Positions 1-23,965 of a stretch of DNA of 64,000 bases are shown here, one piece after another. Under the pieces are notes generated by a model, which saw only the letters and a program-made list of their open reading frames with translations, ran no database searches and was not told the origin of the DNA. Within the stretch, counting starts at the first letter, position 1. Every line of letters begins with the position of its first letter. A program made the position numbers and the translations under genes. The stretch lies in assembly GCF_009914755.1 (NCBI RefSeq), contig NC_060940.1, one strand, 5' to 3'. This DNA is from the human T2T-CHM13v2.0 reference genome, Homo sapiens.

Positions 1-3000
1 TTCTGCTATTGATTTTCAGTTTTATATCAGTGCAATCAGAAAAAAAAACTTGATATAATTTTAATCTTTATACATTTGAAAAGACTTACTGCTTTTTACT
101 TTTGGTTTAACATGTGATCTGTCCTGGAGAATATTTCATGTATTCTTAGAAGACTGTATTCTCATATTGTTGGATGGGATGTTATATGTACATTTAGTCT
201 ATAGTGTTATAGTAGTGCACTGCTTTCTTAATTTTGTGCCTGAATGATCTATCCATTTTAAGTAGGGTACTAATGTTCTCTTTTGTTGTATTTCTGTATA
301 TTTCTCCTTCCAGTTCTGTTAATGTATGCTTTATATATTTAAGTATTCCAGTGTTGGGTGCATATATCTATTTAATTGCTCTATCCTCTAGACAAATTAA
401 CCTCTCTATTATTATATAGTTAACTCCTTTGTCTCTTGTGACAGATTTTGTCAGACAGCCTGTTTTGTCTAATGTAAGTATAGCTACCCCTGCCTGCACT
501 CTTTTGTTTATCATTTGTATGGAATATCCTTTCCAGTTCTTTCACTGTTAGCTTATGTTTGTCCTTAAATCAAAAGTGAGTCTCTTGTAAGCAACCTGTC
601 ACTGGATTTTTAAAAATTCATTCAGCCACTGTCTGTTTTAAATCCATTTTGTGCTGCTATATCAGAATATTCACAGGGTATTTTATAATGAAATGGGTGA
701 TTTATAAGGAATACAAATTAATTTAGCCTGTGATTCTGGAGGCAGGGAAGGCAGAGAGCATGACACTGGCATCTGGTGAAGACCTTTTTGCTGCATAATA
801 ACATGGCCAAAGGCACGAGGGGGAGAGAGCTCCCTTTTATAACAAACGCACACTTGTGATAATTAACCCACTGCTGTGATAAGGACATTAATACATTCAT
901 GCAGGCAGAGCTCTCATGGCCTAATCACTTCTTAAAAGTCCCACTTCTTAATTCTATCACAGTGGCTATTAAATTTTAACCTAAATTTTGGAAGTGACAT
1001 TCAGTCTTTATCAATGTCTGTTTATTGGATAATTTAATCTCTTTATATGTAATTATTGATAGGTAACTATTATAAGTTTGTTTTCTATTTTATACTTTGT
1101 TTCTTTTTTCCTCTTATGCTTTGGTCATGTTAATTTTTTGTCTTGTTTTTGTTGTTTTTATATACTTTGATTACTTTCTTTTTTTCTTGTATCTACTACA
1201 GTTTTTTTTTCTCTAGTGGTTATAAGACTTACATAAAACATCATATAACAGCCTAGTTTAAGATGATAATTATCCAACTTTTATGCATAGAAAAACTCTA
1301 TGCTTTTCCTCCCCTTCACACATTTTATACTATATATGTCACATTTTAAAACTTTTTATATTTTGTATTCATTAACAAATTATCATAGCTATACTTTTAA
1401 AAAATAGTTTTGTTTTATAGTTCTTATACTAGAATTAAAAGTGACTTATGTACCACCATTACAATATTCGAGTATTCTGAATTTCACTATTTACCATTTC
1501 CAGTGATGTTTGTAGTTTTAATGTTTTCATATTTAGTTAGCATTTCATCACTTCAACTTGAGTAATTCCCTTTAGTCGTTTAGCATTTCTAGACAGGTCT
1601 AGTGGTGATGAATTCCTTTAACTTTTTTTTTTGGTGGGGGGGTCTTGAAATGTCTTCATCTCTCTTTTATTTCTAAAAGATGCTTTGTTGTGTATAGCCT
1701 ACTTAGTTGTCTTTTTTGTTTGTTTGTTTGTTTAATTTTCCTTCTTTCAGCACTTTTAATATATGGTATCACTCCCATTTGGCCTGTAAGGTTTCTGCTA
1801 AAAAATCTACTGATAACATTATAAAGTTTCCCTTGTATGTGAAGAATCTCTTATTTCATGCTGCTTTCATGATTCTTGCTTTGTCTTTGAATTTTGACAG
1901 TTTAATTATGATATGCCCCAGGGGAATCTTCATTAGGTTCTTCTTGCCATGGGTATTTTGAGCTTTATGAAACTTCTTGTTCATATCCTTTTCCAGATTT
2001 GGGGAGTTTTAAGACATTATATCTTTAATCTTTTTTCTTCTTTCTTTCTTCTTCTGAAAATCCTAAAATATGTATATTTGTTCACTTTATGATATACTAT
2101 ACAGGCTATATGCTTCCTTCATGCTTTCATATTTTTTTCTAATTGATTACTTTCAAATGACCTGTCTTTAAGTTTGCTGATTTTTTTCTTCTTTCATGAT
2201 TGAGTCTCTTGTTAAAACTGTTAGATTTTTTCAGTTCTTTCATTGTTCGCTTTAGTTCCAAGATTTCTATCTGGTTCCTTTTAATGGTTTCTATTTCTCT
2301 GTTAAAACTCTCATTTTGTTCAAGTATTGTATTATAAAACTTTTTAGTTATCTATCTGTGTTCTTTTGCATCTCATTGAAATTCTTTAAGATGATTATTT
2401 TGAATTCTTTGTCAGCCAACTTTCAGATCTCCATTTCTTTGGAGATGATTACTATGGCTTTTTAATTTCCTTTGGTGGTGGTAGTTTGCCTGATTCTTTA
2501 TAATCTGTGTAGGCTTATGTTTATGTCCCTGAATGTGAAGGAGCAAACCTCTCTTCCAGTCATTATAGACAGTTTTGGGAAATAAATACTTTCTTCTTTC
2601 AGATCCTGAGCTGATGAGATTTTGACTAAGATTGCACCTGAGTGTGTTGGAGCCATGTCACATGACTGCTACTGGGTCTGCAGTGGGTTTTATGGTTGAC
2701 AGACCTACTAGCAGGGCATAGATAGTCATGGATCCCGTCTCTTCTCTGGGAAGACAACTTCTTCAGGATCTTGAGCATTGGGGCTGGTTCTAAGATAAGG
2801 AATTGTAGTTGTTTCTGCAGAATGGGGGTGCTGATAGAATAGATGTGGACAGGTGTGGCTCCTGTGGAGTCTCTGGGAGTGGTTTCATCCAGTCATTGAA
2901 CAAGTCACTGATGGACATGACTGACCCCTGGTCACAGCTGAGAGGGTCTGGAACTGATTCATAGGGGTGCTGCAGGATATGGGCCCTGGGCCCATGGCTT

Positions 3001-3730
3001 GTCTCCTTCCAGGTTTCTCATTGAGCAGAACTGCTCCCAGACCCTGGCTGACAGAAAGTAGAGCCAAACTTACAGGGCTACTTTAAGATTCACAGTGAGA
3101 CTAATGTCAGCAAGTCTAGCTCCAGGGGCACAGATGTGTGTGCTTTCAGGCAGGTCCCAGGTTGAGCAAAACTCCTGACCTGTGGCTGCATGAAACTGGA
3201 GCAAAGTTTCAGTGCCACTTCAGGATTCCCATTTGGGTCAGTGTTGACAGTTCTACATCCAGGGGCACAGATGGATATTTTTTCCTGAGGGTCTCTGTGT
3301 GGACAGGATTTTTTCCAGACCATGACTGAGAGTTGACAGAGATAGATTTTGCCTTATTCAGGGAGCACAGACAAGACCAGGATCTTCAGGCCTGTCACCT
3401 GAATCTCAAGTGGGAATGAATCCTCCTGGATTCTTGGAAGATTTTTTGAGTGGCAGGACCAAGACCAAGTGAGCCATAGCTAAATCTACAGTCAGATATA
3501 GCAATTTTTTTGTTTTGTGTCCAGAACCATGATCAATAAGCCTACCCTTCGGTTAAGGACTTGTCCTCAAATTGTCCTCCTTGATCTTGGGCTCCAGCTG
3601 GGTGTCAGAAATTGTGACCTGGATTGCAAAGCTCCCATAAAGGCAGTTGTGTTTGGCATGGCTGCCACATTATGTTGTGAGAAATATGCATGGGGGCCTC
3701 CTATTCTGTCATCTTGCTTATGTTTCTAAT
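1..3730 (-). mobile_element. Ancient L1M LINE fragment (ORF2 start, ORF1 and 5' region), antisense, interrupted by a MaLR LTR
   Basis: T-rich + strand with antisense L1 motifs (gtgttgggtgcatatatctattta; ggcctgtaaggtttctgctaaaaaatctactgata; ctttcaaatgacctgtctttaagtttgctga). Boundaries approximate. Confidence 0.7.
634..1013 (-). mobile_element. MaLR solo LTR (MSTC/MSTD/MLT1A-like)
   Basis: TG...CA termini, about 380 bp, MaLR motifs ccattttgtgctgctata, ttctggaggcagggaag, ggcagagctctcatggcctaatcac; imperfect 5-bp TSD ctgtc/atgtc. Confidence 0.8.
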
Positions 3731-5629
3731 CTTGCATGTTTCCCTTTCTGAAATATATATCAAATTTGTCTGATTTTTAGATTCAAAAGTTCTGAAATAA
3801 AATGCTGAAATGTACGCATTGTATAAGATGTAAATTAGATTACTAGTGGGTACCACATATTTATTAATATGTTTGATTATAAGTTTAAGTTTACTGCAAG
3901 CAAAAAAGAATTGTTAAGATTTATATATTTTTTTAGCCTGTATTTAAATGATGTATAATGTAATCCCAAATACTGACTTTACATTTCAGTAATTCTCACC
4001 GTATTTTGCAACATTTATGTTGTTCCTGTATTTGGAAATAGAAAGCTTTTATTTTTAGCTTCTAAAGACTTTATTATAGCCATTATATTTTATGTAAGAA
4101 TAGCACCAATATATTGATAACATGATAAAGAAGTCTTCCTAGTGTCTTTTGAATATTTACTCATTAAAATTTTCTCATTAGAGCTAATTATTAATGATTG
4201 TAATGCATTTCCTGTGACATTTTACTGCCATTCATTGAATGGCATTGATTCAAAATGCCTGTTCTTCATGGGTGTACACAGTTGATAGTTGTAAATATCT
4301 AAAGCATTATTTTTTAATAGAATATCTATGATGTATTTATTATTTTATGCACTAAAATTTCTCTTATTCTTGTTATTGATTCCATATGATTGTGTTTCTT
4401 TTTTTTCAGATAGGTTTCCTTAGATCAGTTAATTGTATTTTTGCTTTTCAACCTTGATATTATGAATTGGATGATAATTTTCAACTCTGTACACTTTAAG
4501 ACAATATGATGTTTAGATATGAATTAGCTATATGCCTGTTGCTTATAAAATACTACGTGTTATTCATCTGTATAAATATTGCCTCTACTTTGTTCATGAC
4601 TTATCTTGTATATTTTTTTTTCTTAGCTGTTAATGATTGCTTTATTCTGTCTAGATGAGTAGTTAAGGAAATAATCTTAAATTCACAATCTATTGTTTGG
4701 ATCTATATAATTATGTGAGAGGAACACTTTTGTTCTTTGAAGGTGATTTTTGAAACATTTTATAACTATCTCTTTTAGGTAGTCACATTTTTAATGGTGA
4801 AAACATAATTGTCATCTCAAACATTTTTAAGTGTACAGTTTATTAGTGTTAAGTATAGTCATATTGTTTTACAAGAGGTTTGTAGATCATTTTTATTTTA
4901 CAGAAGTCAAAGTGAATACCCATTAAACAACAAATTGTCCTTTCCACACTTCTCTCCAGCTCCTGAAGAGCACCATTCTGCCTAATGTTTCTATGAGTTT
5001 GGCTACTGTAGATACTTTATGTAAGTGTAATTAAACAGTGTCTCTTTCTTTTTGACTATCTTATTTCACCTGACATAATGTCCTCAAGGTTTGTCCTTAT
5101 TAATACTTGTCAAAATGTCTCTGATTTTTAAGGCTCAGTAATGTTCTGTTGTGTATGTGTGCCACATTTGTTTAATCTGCTCATCCATAAAGGAACATTT
5201 TGATTGCTTCCAGGTATTGTCTTTTGGGAGTAATGCTGCAGGGTACATGGGTGTGCAAACATCTATTCCGCGTTCTGTTTTGAATATGCTTGGAATATTT
5301 TGGATACACGGATGTAGTACCATGTGTATGTTCTTGCTTTTTGTTGCCTCATCCTTTGATATTATATCCAAAAAATCATTGCCAAGACCAATTTTCATGA
5401 ACAAGCTTTCCACTTCTGTATTTTTCTAGGAGTTTTATATTTATAGGTTTTATGTTTAAGTTTTAGTTTGCTTTTTAAATTGATACAATGTTAATTGTAC
5501 ATATTTACGGAGTACAATTATATATATGTGTGTGTGTTGTATAATGATCATATCAGGATGTTTAGTGCATTACCTCATGTATTTGGTAATTCTTAGTGGT
5601 GAGAACATTCAAAAGTCTCTCTTCTAACT

Positions 5630-5944
5630 TTTTTTTTTTTTTTTAGCTTTTATTGTTTGTAGAGACAGGATCTCACTCTGTTACCCAGGCTGAAGTGCAG
5701 TGGCACAATTGTAGTTCACCATAGCTTCAAACTCTTGGGCTGAAGTGATCCTCCTGCCTCAGCTCCCCAAGTCGTTAGGACTACAGGCATATGCCACCGT
5801 GCCTGGCTAATTTTAAAAAATTTTTGCAGAGATAGGGTCTCACTACATTGTCCAGGCTGGCCTTGAACTCCTGACCTTAAGTGGTGCTCCTGCGTCCGCC
5901 TCCCAAAGTACAGGGATTATAGGCATGTTACACTGTGACTGGCC
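5630..5944 (-). mobile_element. AluJ-like SINE
   Basis: Poly-T, then gagacaggatctcactctgttacccaggc...cctcccaaagtacagggattataggc; diverged. Confidence 0.9.
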
Positions 5945-6097
5945 TTTTATAGCTATTTTGTAATATGCAATACCCTTCTATTAACCATTGTTACTGTACT
6001 GTGTAATAGAACACCAGAACTTACTTCTCCTATGTAATTGTAACTTTATACCTGTTAACCAACCTCTTTCTATTCCTCCCCCTTCAGTCTCTGGTAA

Positions 6098-6443
<346 letters not shown>

Positions 6444-7896
6444 CCTGCCTGCCCTTTCTTTTCTCTTTTCTTTTCTTTCTCTCTCTTTCTTTCTTTTTTT
6501 CTTTCTTTCTTTTCAGGTTACTCATTTGAGTAAGATCATGAAGGGTTTATCTTTCTGTATATGGCTTATTCACTTAACATGATATCTCATGGTTCATCCA
6601 TGTTATTGCAAAGGACAGGATTTTATTCTTTTTTAATGGCTGAATAGTAATTCATTGTGCATTTACACCACATTTTCTTTATCCATTTATCTCTTGGTGT
6701 ACATTTGGATTGATTTCATATCTTGGCTGTTATAAAGAGTGCTGCAGTAAACATGGGAATGCAGCTATGTTTTTGACACGTTGATTTCCTTTCTTTTGGA
6801 TATATACCCAATAGTGGAATTGCTGAATCATATGACAGCTGTATTTTTAATTTTTCAGGAACCTCCATACTCTTTTATAGTGGCCATACTACTTTACAAT
6901 CCCATCAACAGTATATATGTGTTCCTTTTTCTTCACATCCTCACCAATACTTGTTTTAGTTATATTTTTTGTCTTTTTGATTATAGTCATTTTAACTGGA
7001 GTGTGGTGGTATCTCATTGTGGTTTGTATTTGCATTCCCTTGATGATTAGTGAAGTTGAGCATCTGTTTATGCACCTTTTGGCCATTTGTATGTCTTCTT
7101 TTCACTAATGTCTATGAAGGTCTGTGGCACATTTTTAAATTGGATTGTATGTTTGTTTTATTTTGAGATTTCAAATTTCTTATATACTCAATATTAACCT
7201 CTTGTCATATGTATAGTTTGCAAATGTTTTCTCCCATTGTCTAGGTTGTCTCTTCACTCTGTTATTTCATTTCATATGCAAAAGTCTTTTAGGTTGATGT
7301 AATCTCATTTGCCTATTTTTGCTTAGGTTGCCTTTGCTTTGAAGTCGGAATTTCCAAGTCCGATGTTGTAAAGTATTTGCCCTGTTTTCATCTAATAGTT
7401 TCATAGTTTAGGGCATTACATTTAAGTCTATAATCCATTTTGAGTTGGTTTTTGTATATGATGAGGGTTAGGGGTCTAGTCTTATTCTTCTGTATATGGA
7501 TATTCAATTTTTCCTGCACCGTTTATTAAAGAGATTGTCTTTTCCCCAAAGTGTGTTCTTGGCATCTTTGTTGAAAATCAGTCAGCTTTAGGAGCATGAA
7601 TTTATTTATGGACTCATTGGGCATATTGGTCTATGTGTTTGTTTTAATGCCAGTATAATGCTGTTTGGGATACTGTAGCTTTGTAGTAAATTTTGAAGTC
7701 AGGTAGTGTGATGCCTTGAGCCTGCTTTGTTCCTTTTGCTCAGGATTGCTTTGGCTATTCAGGGTATTTTGTGGTTCCATGTACATTTAGTTTTTTTTTT
7801 TTTTCTATTTTTGTGAAGAATGTCATTGGTATTCTGATAGAAATTGCGTTAAATCTATAGGTCACTTTGGGTAACATGCCCATTTTAATAATATTC

Positions 7897-8317
<421 letters not shown>

Positions 8318-11073
8318 TAAGTTTATTGCTGGGTATGTTAATTTTTTATAGTTATTTGTATACACAGAAAAAGTATTTGACAAAATTTAACTTTCTTTAT
8401 AGTGAAAACTCTAAGCAAATTATGTATAGAAGGTATGTATCTCAACACAGTAAATATGACAAACCAGTGTTAATACATCAAACAGGGAAAAGATGAAAGC
8501 TTTTTCTCTGAGATCTGTAACATGATAAGGATACCAATTTTCACCACTCCTATTCAACATAGTACTAGAAGTTCTAGCCAGAGCAATTAGTCAAGAGAAA
8601 GAAATAAAAGGCATCCAAATTGGAATGGAAAAATGAAATCGTCCTTGTTTACAGACAATATGACCTTGTTTATAATAAAAACATAAACATGACACAAAAA
8701 ACCTGTTAGAACTAATGAACAAGTTCTGTAAAGTCGCAGGATACAAAATCAACATAGAAATTTCAGTGGCATCTCTGTGTGCTGATAGAAAACCATCTGA
8801 AAAAGAAAATAAAAAATGTGAGTTACAGTAGCTACAAAAAATAAGTCAGTCCATTTTGAGTTCATGTTTGTAAATGTGCAAGGTAAGGTCCAACTTTATT
8901 TTTTCCCTTGTGGATTTCCAATATGCCCAATCCTATTTGTTGAAGAGACTGTCCCTTTTCTCATTGTGAATTCTTGGAACCCTTGTTGAATATAAGTTTA
9001 CTATATACATGAGTGTTTATTTCTGGACTCTCCAATCTGTTTCATCTTTTATTTATCTTTATGTCAGTAGCAGACTGTTTTGAGTACAATAGCTATGTAG
9101 TATATTTTGAAATCAGAAAGTATGATGCCTCTTTGTTTTTCTTTCCCAAGATTGTTTATCCATCTGTGGAAGATTATTTATCCATCTGTGGTCTCTTGAG
9201 ATTCCGTAGACATTTTAGACTATGTTAATACTTGTGCAAAAAGTTCCATTAATATTTTGATGGAGAGTACATTGAATCTGTAGATCACTTTAGGTAGTAT
9301 TGACATCTTAACAGTATTGTCTTCAAAATCTTGAACAAAAGTGTGTTTGAGAGTTTATTTAATTTCCACATATTCATGGACATGCCATTTTTCTTTCTGT
9401 TTTTAATTTCTAGTTTTATTCTGTTGTAGTAAGAAGTGATGCTTTGTGTGATTGTCATCTGCTTAAATTTGGTAAAAGTTTTTTTGCAGCTTAACAGGTT
9501 GTCTATTGGTGATCATGTGCCATATATGGTTATGGATATTGTGTATTCTGCTGTTGAATGGTTAGTTCTGTATATGACTATTAGGTCTAATGGTCTATAG
9601 TGTTGTTCAGGTCCTCTGTTTCCTTATTGATCTTTTGTCTCTTATTCTTTCCATTACTGAAAGTGGAGTATGGAAGTCTCCTACTACTATTGTACTGCTG
9701 GCTACTTATTGCTTCAATTCTGTAAAAGTTTGCTAGTTGCTGCATATATTTGAGAGGTGTGATGTTAGGTGCATATATGTTAATATTTATTATAGCTTCC
9801 TAGACAGTGAACCCGTTTATAATTATATAATGCTCTTTCTTGTCTCTTGTAACATGTTTTGATGTAACATGTATTTTAACTAATATGACAGTATTTTACT
9901 TTGCACACTATTTTTTTTCCATTCTTTCATGTTCAGCTCATATGTGTTCTTAGATCTAAAGTTGGTTTTCCCTAGAAAGCATGGAGTTAGATCTTGTTTC
10001 TTGAATTTATTCAGCCAAATTATGTCTTTTGAATTTATTCATTTATGTATAAAGTAATTACTGAAAGGTATGACTCACCATTGCATTTTGTTCAATTTTT
10101 TGTTTTGGGTTTTGTATCTATTTTGGTCCCGTTTTCTTCTCTTGCTATCTTCCTTAGTGTTCTGTTGATTTTTGTAATGACATGTTTTAATTCCTTTCCC
10201 ACTTCTCTCTGTGTATCTATTATAGGTACTTGCTTTGTGGTTACCATAGATATTATGTAAAACATCTTAAAGTTACAACAATTTACCTCAAGCTGCTAAC
10301 CTTAATTGCATACAAAAATCCTGCCTCTTTATGAACTCTCCATTGTATTTTATTGATATCACAAATTATATCACTTTATACTGTGAATCCATTAGCACAG
10401 ATTTGTGGTTATTTTAAAGTATTTGACTTTTCAAATCTATAGCAGAATTAAAAGTATTCTATGCACCATCATTATAATACAGAATATTTTACTTGTGTAT
10501 ATAATTACTGTTACCAGAACACTTTATATTTTTATATAATTTTGTGTTACTACTCACCATCATTTTATTTTTCAATGTGAAGAACTGCCTCTATTTAGCA
10601 GTTCTTTTAGAACAGATCTAGTGGATATGAATTCATTCAGCTTTTGTGGATTTTGAATATTCCTTATTTCAAAATTGTTAAAGGATAGTTTTGGCAGAAA
10701 ACATTTTCTTGATTGGTAGTTGTCATTATTCAGCACTTTGAATATATCATTCTTCAACTTTCTGACCTGTGAGATTTTTTGCTGAGACATCTGCTGGTCA
10801 TCCTAGGAATGGGCCTTGCATATGCCAAGTCACATTTTTTTTTTTCTGGCTTCTAAATTCTCTTTGTTCGTAACTTTTGAATCTCTGATTATAATGTGTC
10901 TTGTTGTGGATCTCTTTATGTTGCTACTAATTAGAGTTGGTAGAGTTTCATTAAATTTTAGGCCATTTTCTCCCTCAAATTTGGAAAATTCTCAGCCATC
11001 ATTTCTTAAAATAAAGTTTCTACTCTTTCCTCTGTCTTTGCATTTTAGAATTCCCATTATGAGTAAATTGGCC

Positions 11074-11601
11074 TATTGGGAACAGGCCCCCAAATCTGGC
11101 CATAAACTGGTCCCAAAACTGACCATAAACAAAATCTCGGCAGCACTGTGACATGTTCGTGATGGCCATAACGCCCATGCTGAAGGTTGTGGGTTTACCG
11201 GAATGAGGGCAAGGAACACCTGGCCCACCCAGGGTGGAAAGCCGCTTAAAGGCATTCTTAAACCACAAACAGTAGCATGAGCCATCTGTGCCTTCAGGAC
11301 ATGCTCCTGCTACAGATAACTAGCCAGAGCCCATCCCTTTATTTTGGCCCATCCCTTTATTTTGGCCCATCCCTTTGTTTCCTGTAAGGAATACTTTTAG
11401 TTAGTCTATAATCTATAGAAACAATGCTTATCACTGGCTTGCTGTCAATAAATATGTGGGTAAATCTCTGTTCGGGGGCTCTTAGCTCTGAAGGCTGTGA
11501 GACCCCTGATTTCCCACTCCACATGCTATATTTCTGTGTGTGTGTCTTTAATTCCTCTAGCGCTGCTGGGTTAGGTCTCCACGACCGAGCTGGTCTCAGC
11601 A
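11074..11601 (+). mobile_element. MER9 (HERV-K HML-3) solo LTR
   Basis: Starts t(a)ttgggaacaggcccccaaatctggccataaac, has AATAAA near 11447, ends gagctggtctcagca; perfect 6-bp TSD ttggcc (11068-11073 / 11602-11607), typical of betaretroviral integration. Confidence 0.92.
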
Positions 11602-11906
11602 TTGGCCTACTTGATAGTACCCCATTAGTCCCTTAGACACTCTGTTTTTTTATTTTTGCTGTCCTGACCATATACTTTCAAATAACCTGTTATCAAGCTT
11701 GTTGGGTTATTTTTCTGCTAGATCAAGTCTGCTGTTGAACCCTCTAGTGAATCCTTAAATTTAGTTATTTTTCAGCTCCATACTTTGTGTTTTTATAGTT
11801 TTAATCTCTGTTCATAACCTCATTTTCTTCATGCATTTTTGTCTTCTTTTGTTAATTTGTCTGTGTTCTCCTTTAACTGGTTAAGCATCTTTAAAATAGA
11901 TATTTT

Positions 11907-12178
11907 GCTAGGCAGAGTGGTGTGTGCATGTAATCCCAGCTACTTTGGAGGCTAAGGCAGGAGGATCACTTGAGGCCAGCCTGGGCAGTATTGCAAGACC
12001 CTGCGTCTAAGATTTTTTTTTTTTTTTAATTAGTTGTTGTGGCATGTGCCTGTAGTCCCAGTGACTCAGGAGGCTGTGTCAGGAGGATTGCTTTACCCCA
12101 GGAATTTGAGGCTAGGCTACATTGAGCTATGATTGTACCAGTGTACTCCAGTCTGAGTGACAGAGTAAGACCCCATTT
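11907..12178 (+). mobile_element. AluJ-like SINE whose A-tail has been displaced to about 23951 by later L1 insertions
   Basis: Diverged Alu dimer ending gagtaagaccccattt with no adjacent A-tail. Confidence 0.8.
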
Positions 12179-13540
12179 TTTTCTGTTTCTTTTTTCTCTT
12201 AATATACTTTTGACTTTTATTTTAGATTCAAGGTGTACATGTGTTGGTTCATTACATGGGTATATTGCATTACACTGGTTTGATGTCTGAATGATCCCAT
12301 CATCCAGATAATGAGCATAGTGCCTAATAGATAGTTTTTCAGCCCTTGCTTCCTTCCTTTACTGCCCCCATGAGTCCCCATTGTCTCTTTTCCCCATCTT
12401 TATGTCCATATGTACCTAATGTTTAGTTCCCACTTATAAGAACATGGTCTTTGGTTTTCTGTTCCTGTGTGTTAATTTACTTAGGATAACAGCTGCATCC
12501 ATGTTGTTGCAAAGGACATGATTTTATTTTTTTTATGGCTGCATAGTATTCCACGGTGTATATGTACCACATTTTCTTTAGCCAGTCCACCATTGATGGG
12601 CATCTAGGCTGATTCCATGTTTTTGCTATTGTGAATAGTGCTGTGATGAACATATGAGTGCATGTGACTTTTTGGTAGAACAATTCATTTTCCATTGGGT
12701 ATATACTGAGTAATAGAATTGTTGGGTCAAATGGTAGTTCTGAGTTCTTTCAGAAATCTCCAAACTGTTTTTCACAGTGACTGAGCTAATTTAATTACAT
12801 TCCCATCATCAGTGTATAAGTATTATCTTTACTGCTGGCACTTGCCAGCATCTGTTTTTTGACTTTTCAGTAATCACTATTCTGAGTGGTGTAAATAGTA
12901 TCTCAGTGTGGTTTTGATTTGCATTTTTCTGATGGGTAGTGATGTGTAACATTTTTTCGTATGCTTGATGGCTGCTTGTATGTCTTCTTTTGAGAAGTGT
13001 CTGCTCTTGCCCTTTGCCCACTTTTTAATGGGGTTATTTTTTTTCTTGTTAATTTAAATTTCATATGGATTCTGGAATTAGGCCTTTGTCAGGTAGATAG
13101 TTTGTGAATATCTTCTCCTGTTCTGTAGGTTATTGATTCTTTTCACAGTTTCTTTTGCTGTGCAGAAACTCTTTAATTAGGTCCCATTTGTCAATTTTTG
13201 TTTTTGTTACAATTGCTTTTGAGAATTTAGCCACAAATTCTTTGCCAAAGTCAATGTCTAGAATGGTATTTGCCAGATTTTCTTCTAGTATTTTTATTAA
13301 GTTTCTGAATTTAAATCTTTAATCATCTTGAGTTAATTTTTATATATGGTGAAATGTAGGCGTCTATGTTCATTCGTTTGCATGTGGTTAGTCAGTCATC
13401 CTAGAACCATTTATTAAATAGGGAGTCCTTTCACTATTGCTTATTTTTGTTGACTTTGTGGAACATCAGATGATTGTAAGTGTGTGCCTCTATTTATTTC
13501 TGGGTGCTCTATTCTGTTCCATCGGTCTGTGTGTCCTTTT

Positions 13541-21274
<7,734 letters not shown>

Positions 21275-22123
21275 TGTGTGTATTTTTATGCCAGTACCAT
21301 GCTGTTTTGGTGACTGTAGGCTTATAGTATAGTTTGAAGTTGGATAATGTGAAGCCTTTGGTTTTGTTCTTTTGTTTAGGATTGCTTTGGCTATTTGGAC
21401 TCTTACTTAGTTCCATATGAATTTTAGAATAGTTTTTTTCTAATTCTGTGAAAAATGACGTTGGTAGTTTGATAGGAATAGTGTGGAATCTCTGGATTGC
21501 TTTGGGCAGTATGGCCATTTTAATGATGTTGATTCTTTGAGCATGGAATGTTTTTCCAGTTGTTTGTGTTGTCTATCATTTTTTTCAACAGTGTTTTATA
21601 GTTCCTCTTGTAGAGATCTTTAACCTCATTGGTTAGATCTATTCCTAGGTATTCGGTTTTTTCTTTGTGTGTGTGGCTATTGTAAATGGAATTATGTTCT
21701 TGATTTGGCACTCAGCTTGCATGTTATTGGTGTATAGAAATGCTACTGAGTTTTGTACTTTGATTTTGTATCTTAAAACTTTACTGGAGTTCCTTATCAG
21801 TTTCAGGAGCCTTTTGGCACAGTCTTTCCAGGTGTAGAATCATATGAGCAGAGATGATGTTACTTTCTTCTTTTCCTCTTTGGATGCCTTTTATTTCATT
21901 CTCTTGACTGATCTTTCTGGCTAGTACTTCCATTACTATGTTGAATAGAAGTGGTGAGAGAGGGTGTTCTTCTCTCATTCTTGTTTTTAAGGGGAATGCC
22001 TCCAGCTTTTGCTTTGTCAGTGTGTTGGCTGTGGGTTTCTCATAGATGGCTCTCATTTAGAGGTATGTTTCTTCAATGCTTAGTTTGTTGAGGGGTTTTT
22101 TTTTTATCATTAAGGGATATTAA

Positions 22124-22435
<312 letters not shown>

Positions 22436-23965
22436 CTTTTAAATTTTGATTCTATATGGTGAATCACATTTTTAAATTTCTATATGTTAGACTAACCTTG
22501 CATTCTAGGAATAAAGCCTAGCTAATTGTGGTAAATTAACTTTGAGTATGCTGCTGGATTTGGCTTGCTACTATTTTGTTGAAGATTTTTGTGTCTATGT
22601 TCATTAGAGATATTGTCCTGTAGTTTTATTTGTTCATTGTGTCTTTGCCAGATTTTGGTAACAGAGTGATGTTGGCCTCATAGAATGAAAGGGGAGGAGT
22701 CCCTTCTTATATTTTGGAATAGTTTAGTAGAACTGATACCAGCTCTTCCTTGTACTTCTGATATAATTCAGCTGTGAATCCATCTTGTCCAGGGCTTTTT
22801 TGGTTGGTAAATTTTTTATTACTGATTCAGTATCAGAACTTGATACTGGTTTGTTCAGGGTTTCAGTTTCTTCCCTATTCAATCTTTGGAAATTTTGTGT
22901 TTCTAGGAATTTATCCATTTCCTCTAGATGTTCTAATTTATGTGCATAGAAGTCTCTGAGAATCTTTTGTATACCTGTGGGATCGATTGCAATGTCCCCT
23001 TTGTTGTTTCTGATTGTGCTTATCTGGATCTTCTGTTTTTCTTTGTTAACCTAGCTAGTGGTCTATCAATCTCGTTTACCCTTTCAAAGAACCAACTTTT
23101 GGTTTTGCTGATGCTTTGTATGGAATTTGGGGTCTCAATTAATTCAGTTATCTGATTTTAGTTATTTCTATTCTTCTACATTTGTGCTCAGCTTATTTTT
23201 CTTTTTCTAGTTTCTTTACAAGTGATGTTATATCATTAATTTGAGATCTGACTTCTTGAAATAGGCATTTCGTGTTATAAGCTTCTTTTAATGTGGCTTT
23301 AGCTGTGTCCCAAAGATTTTGGTATGTGTTTTCTCTGTTTTCACTTATTTCAAAGAACTTTTAAATTTCTGCCTTGATATCATTGTTTACTCAAAAGTTG
23401 TTGAGGAGCCAGTTGTTTAATTTCTATGCATTTCTGTGGTTTTGAGAGATCTTCTTGGTATTGTTTTCTGTTTTTATTCTATTTTAGTCCAAAAGTATGA
23501 CTGGTATGATTTTTTTCTTTTTAATTTATTGAGACTTGCTTTCTGGCTGAGTGTATAGGGTCAATCTTCAAGTATGTCCTGTGTGCATATGAAGGATGTA
23601 TGTGTTCTGTGGTTGATGGGTGGAATATTCTGTAGATGTCTATTAGGTCCAGTTGGTCTATTCTGTAGATGCCTATTAGGTTATGTGGAATTGATGTCTA
23701 AAATTTCTTTGTGAATTTTCTGCCTCAGGGATCTAATGATGTCCATGGGATGTTGAAATACCTCACTGTTATTATGTGACTAATTCTTTTCTCAGGACTA
23801 GAAGCACTTGTTTTATGAATCTCGGTGCTCCGAAGTTTGGTGCATAGGTGTTTAGCATGTGTAGGTATTCTTGTTGAATTGAACCCTTTATCATTATGGA
23901 ATACATCCTTGTGCTTTTGTATGGTTGTTGGGTTAATATTCTCATTTCTTAAAGAAGTCACAAAA

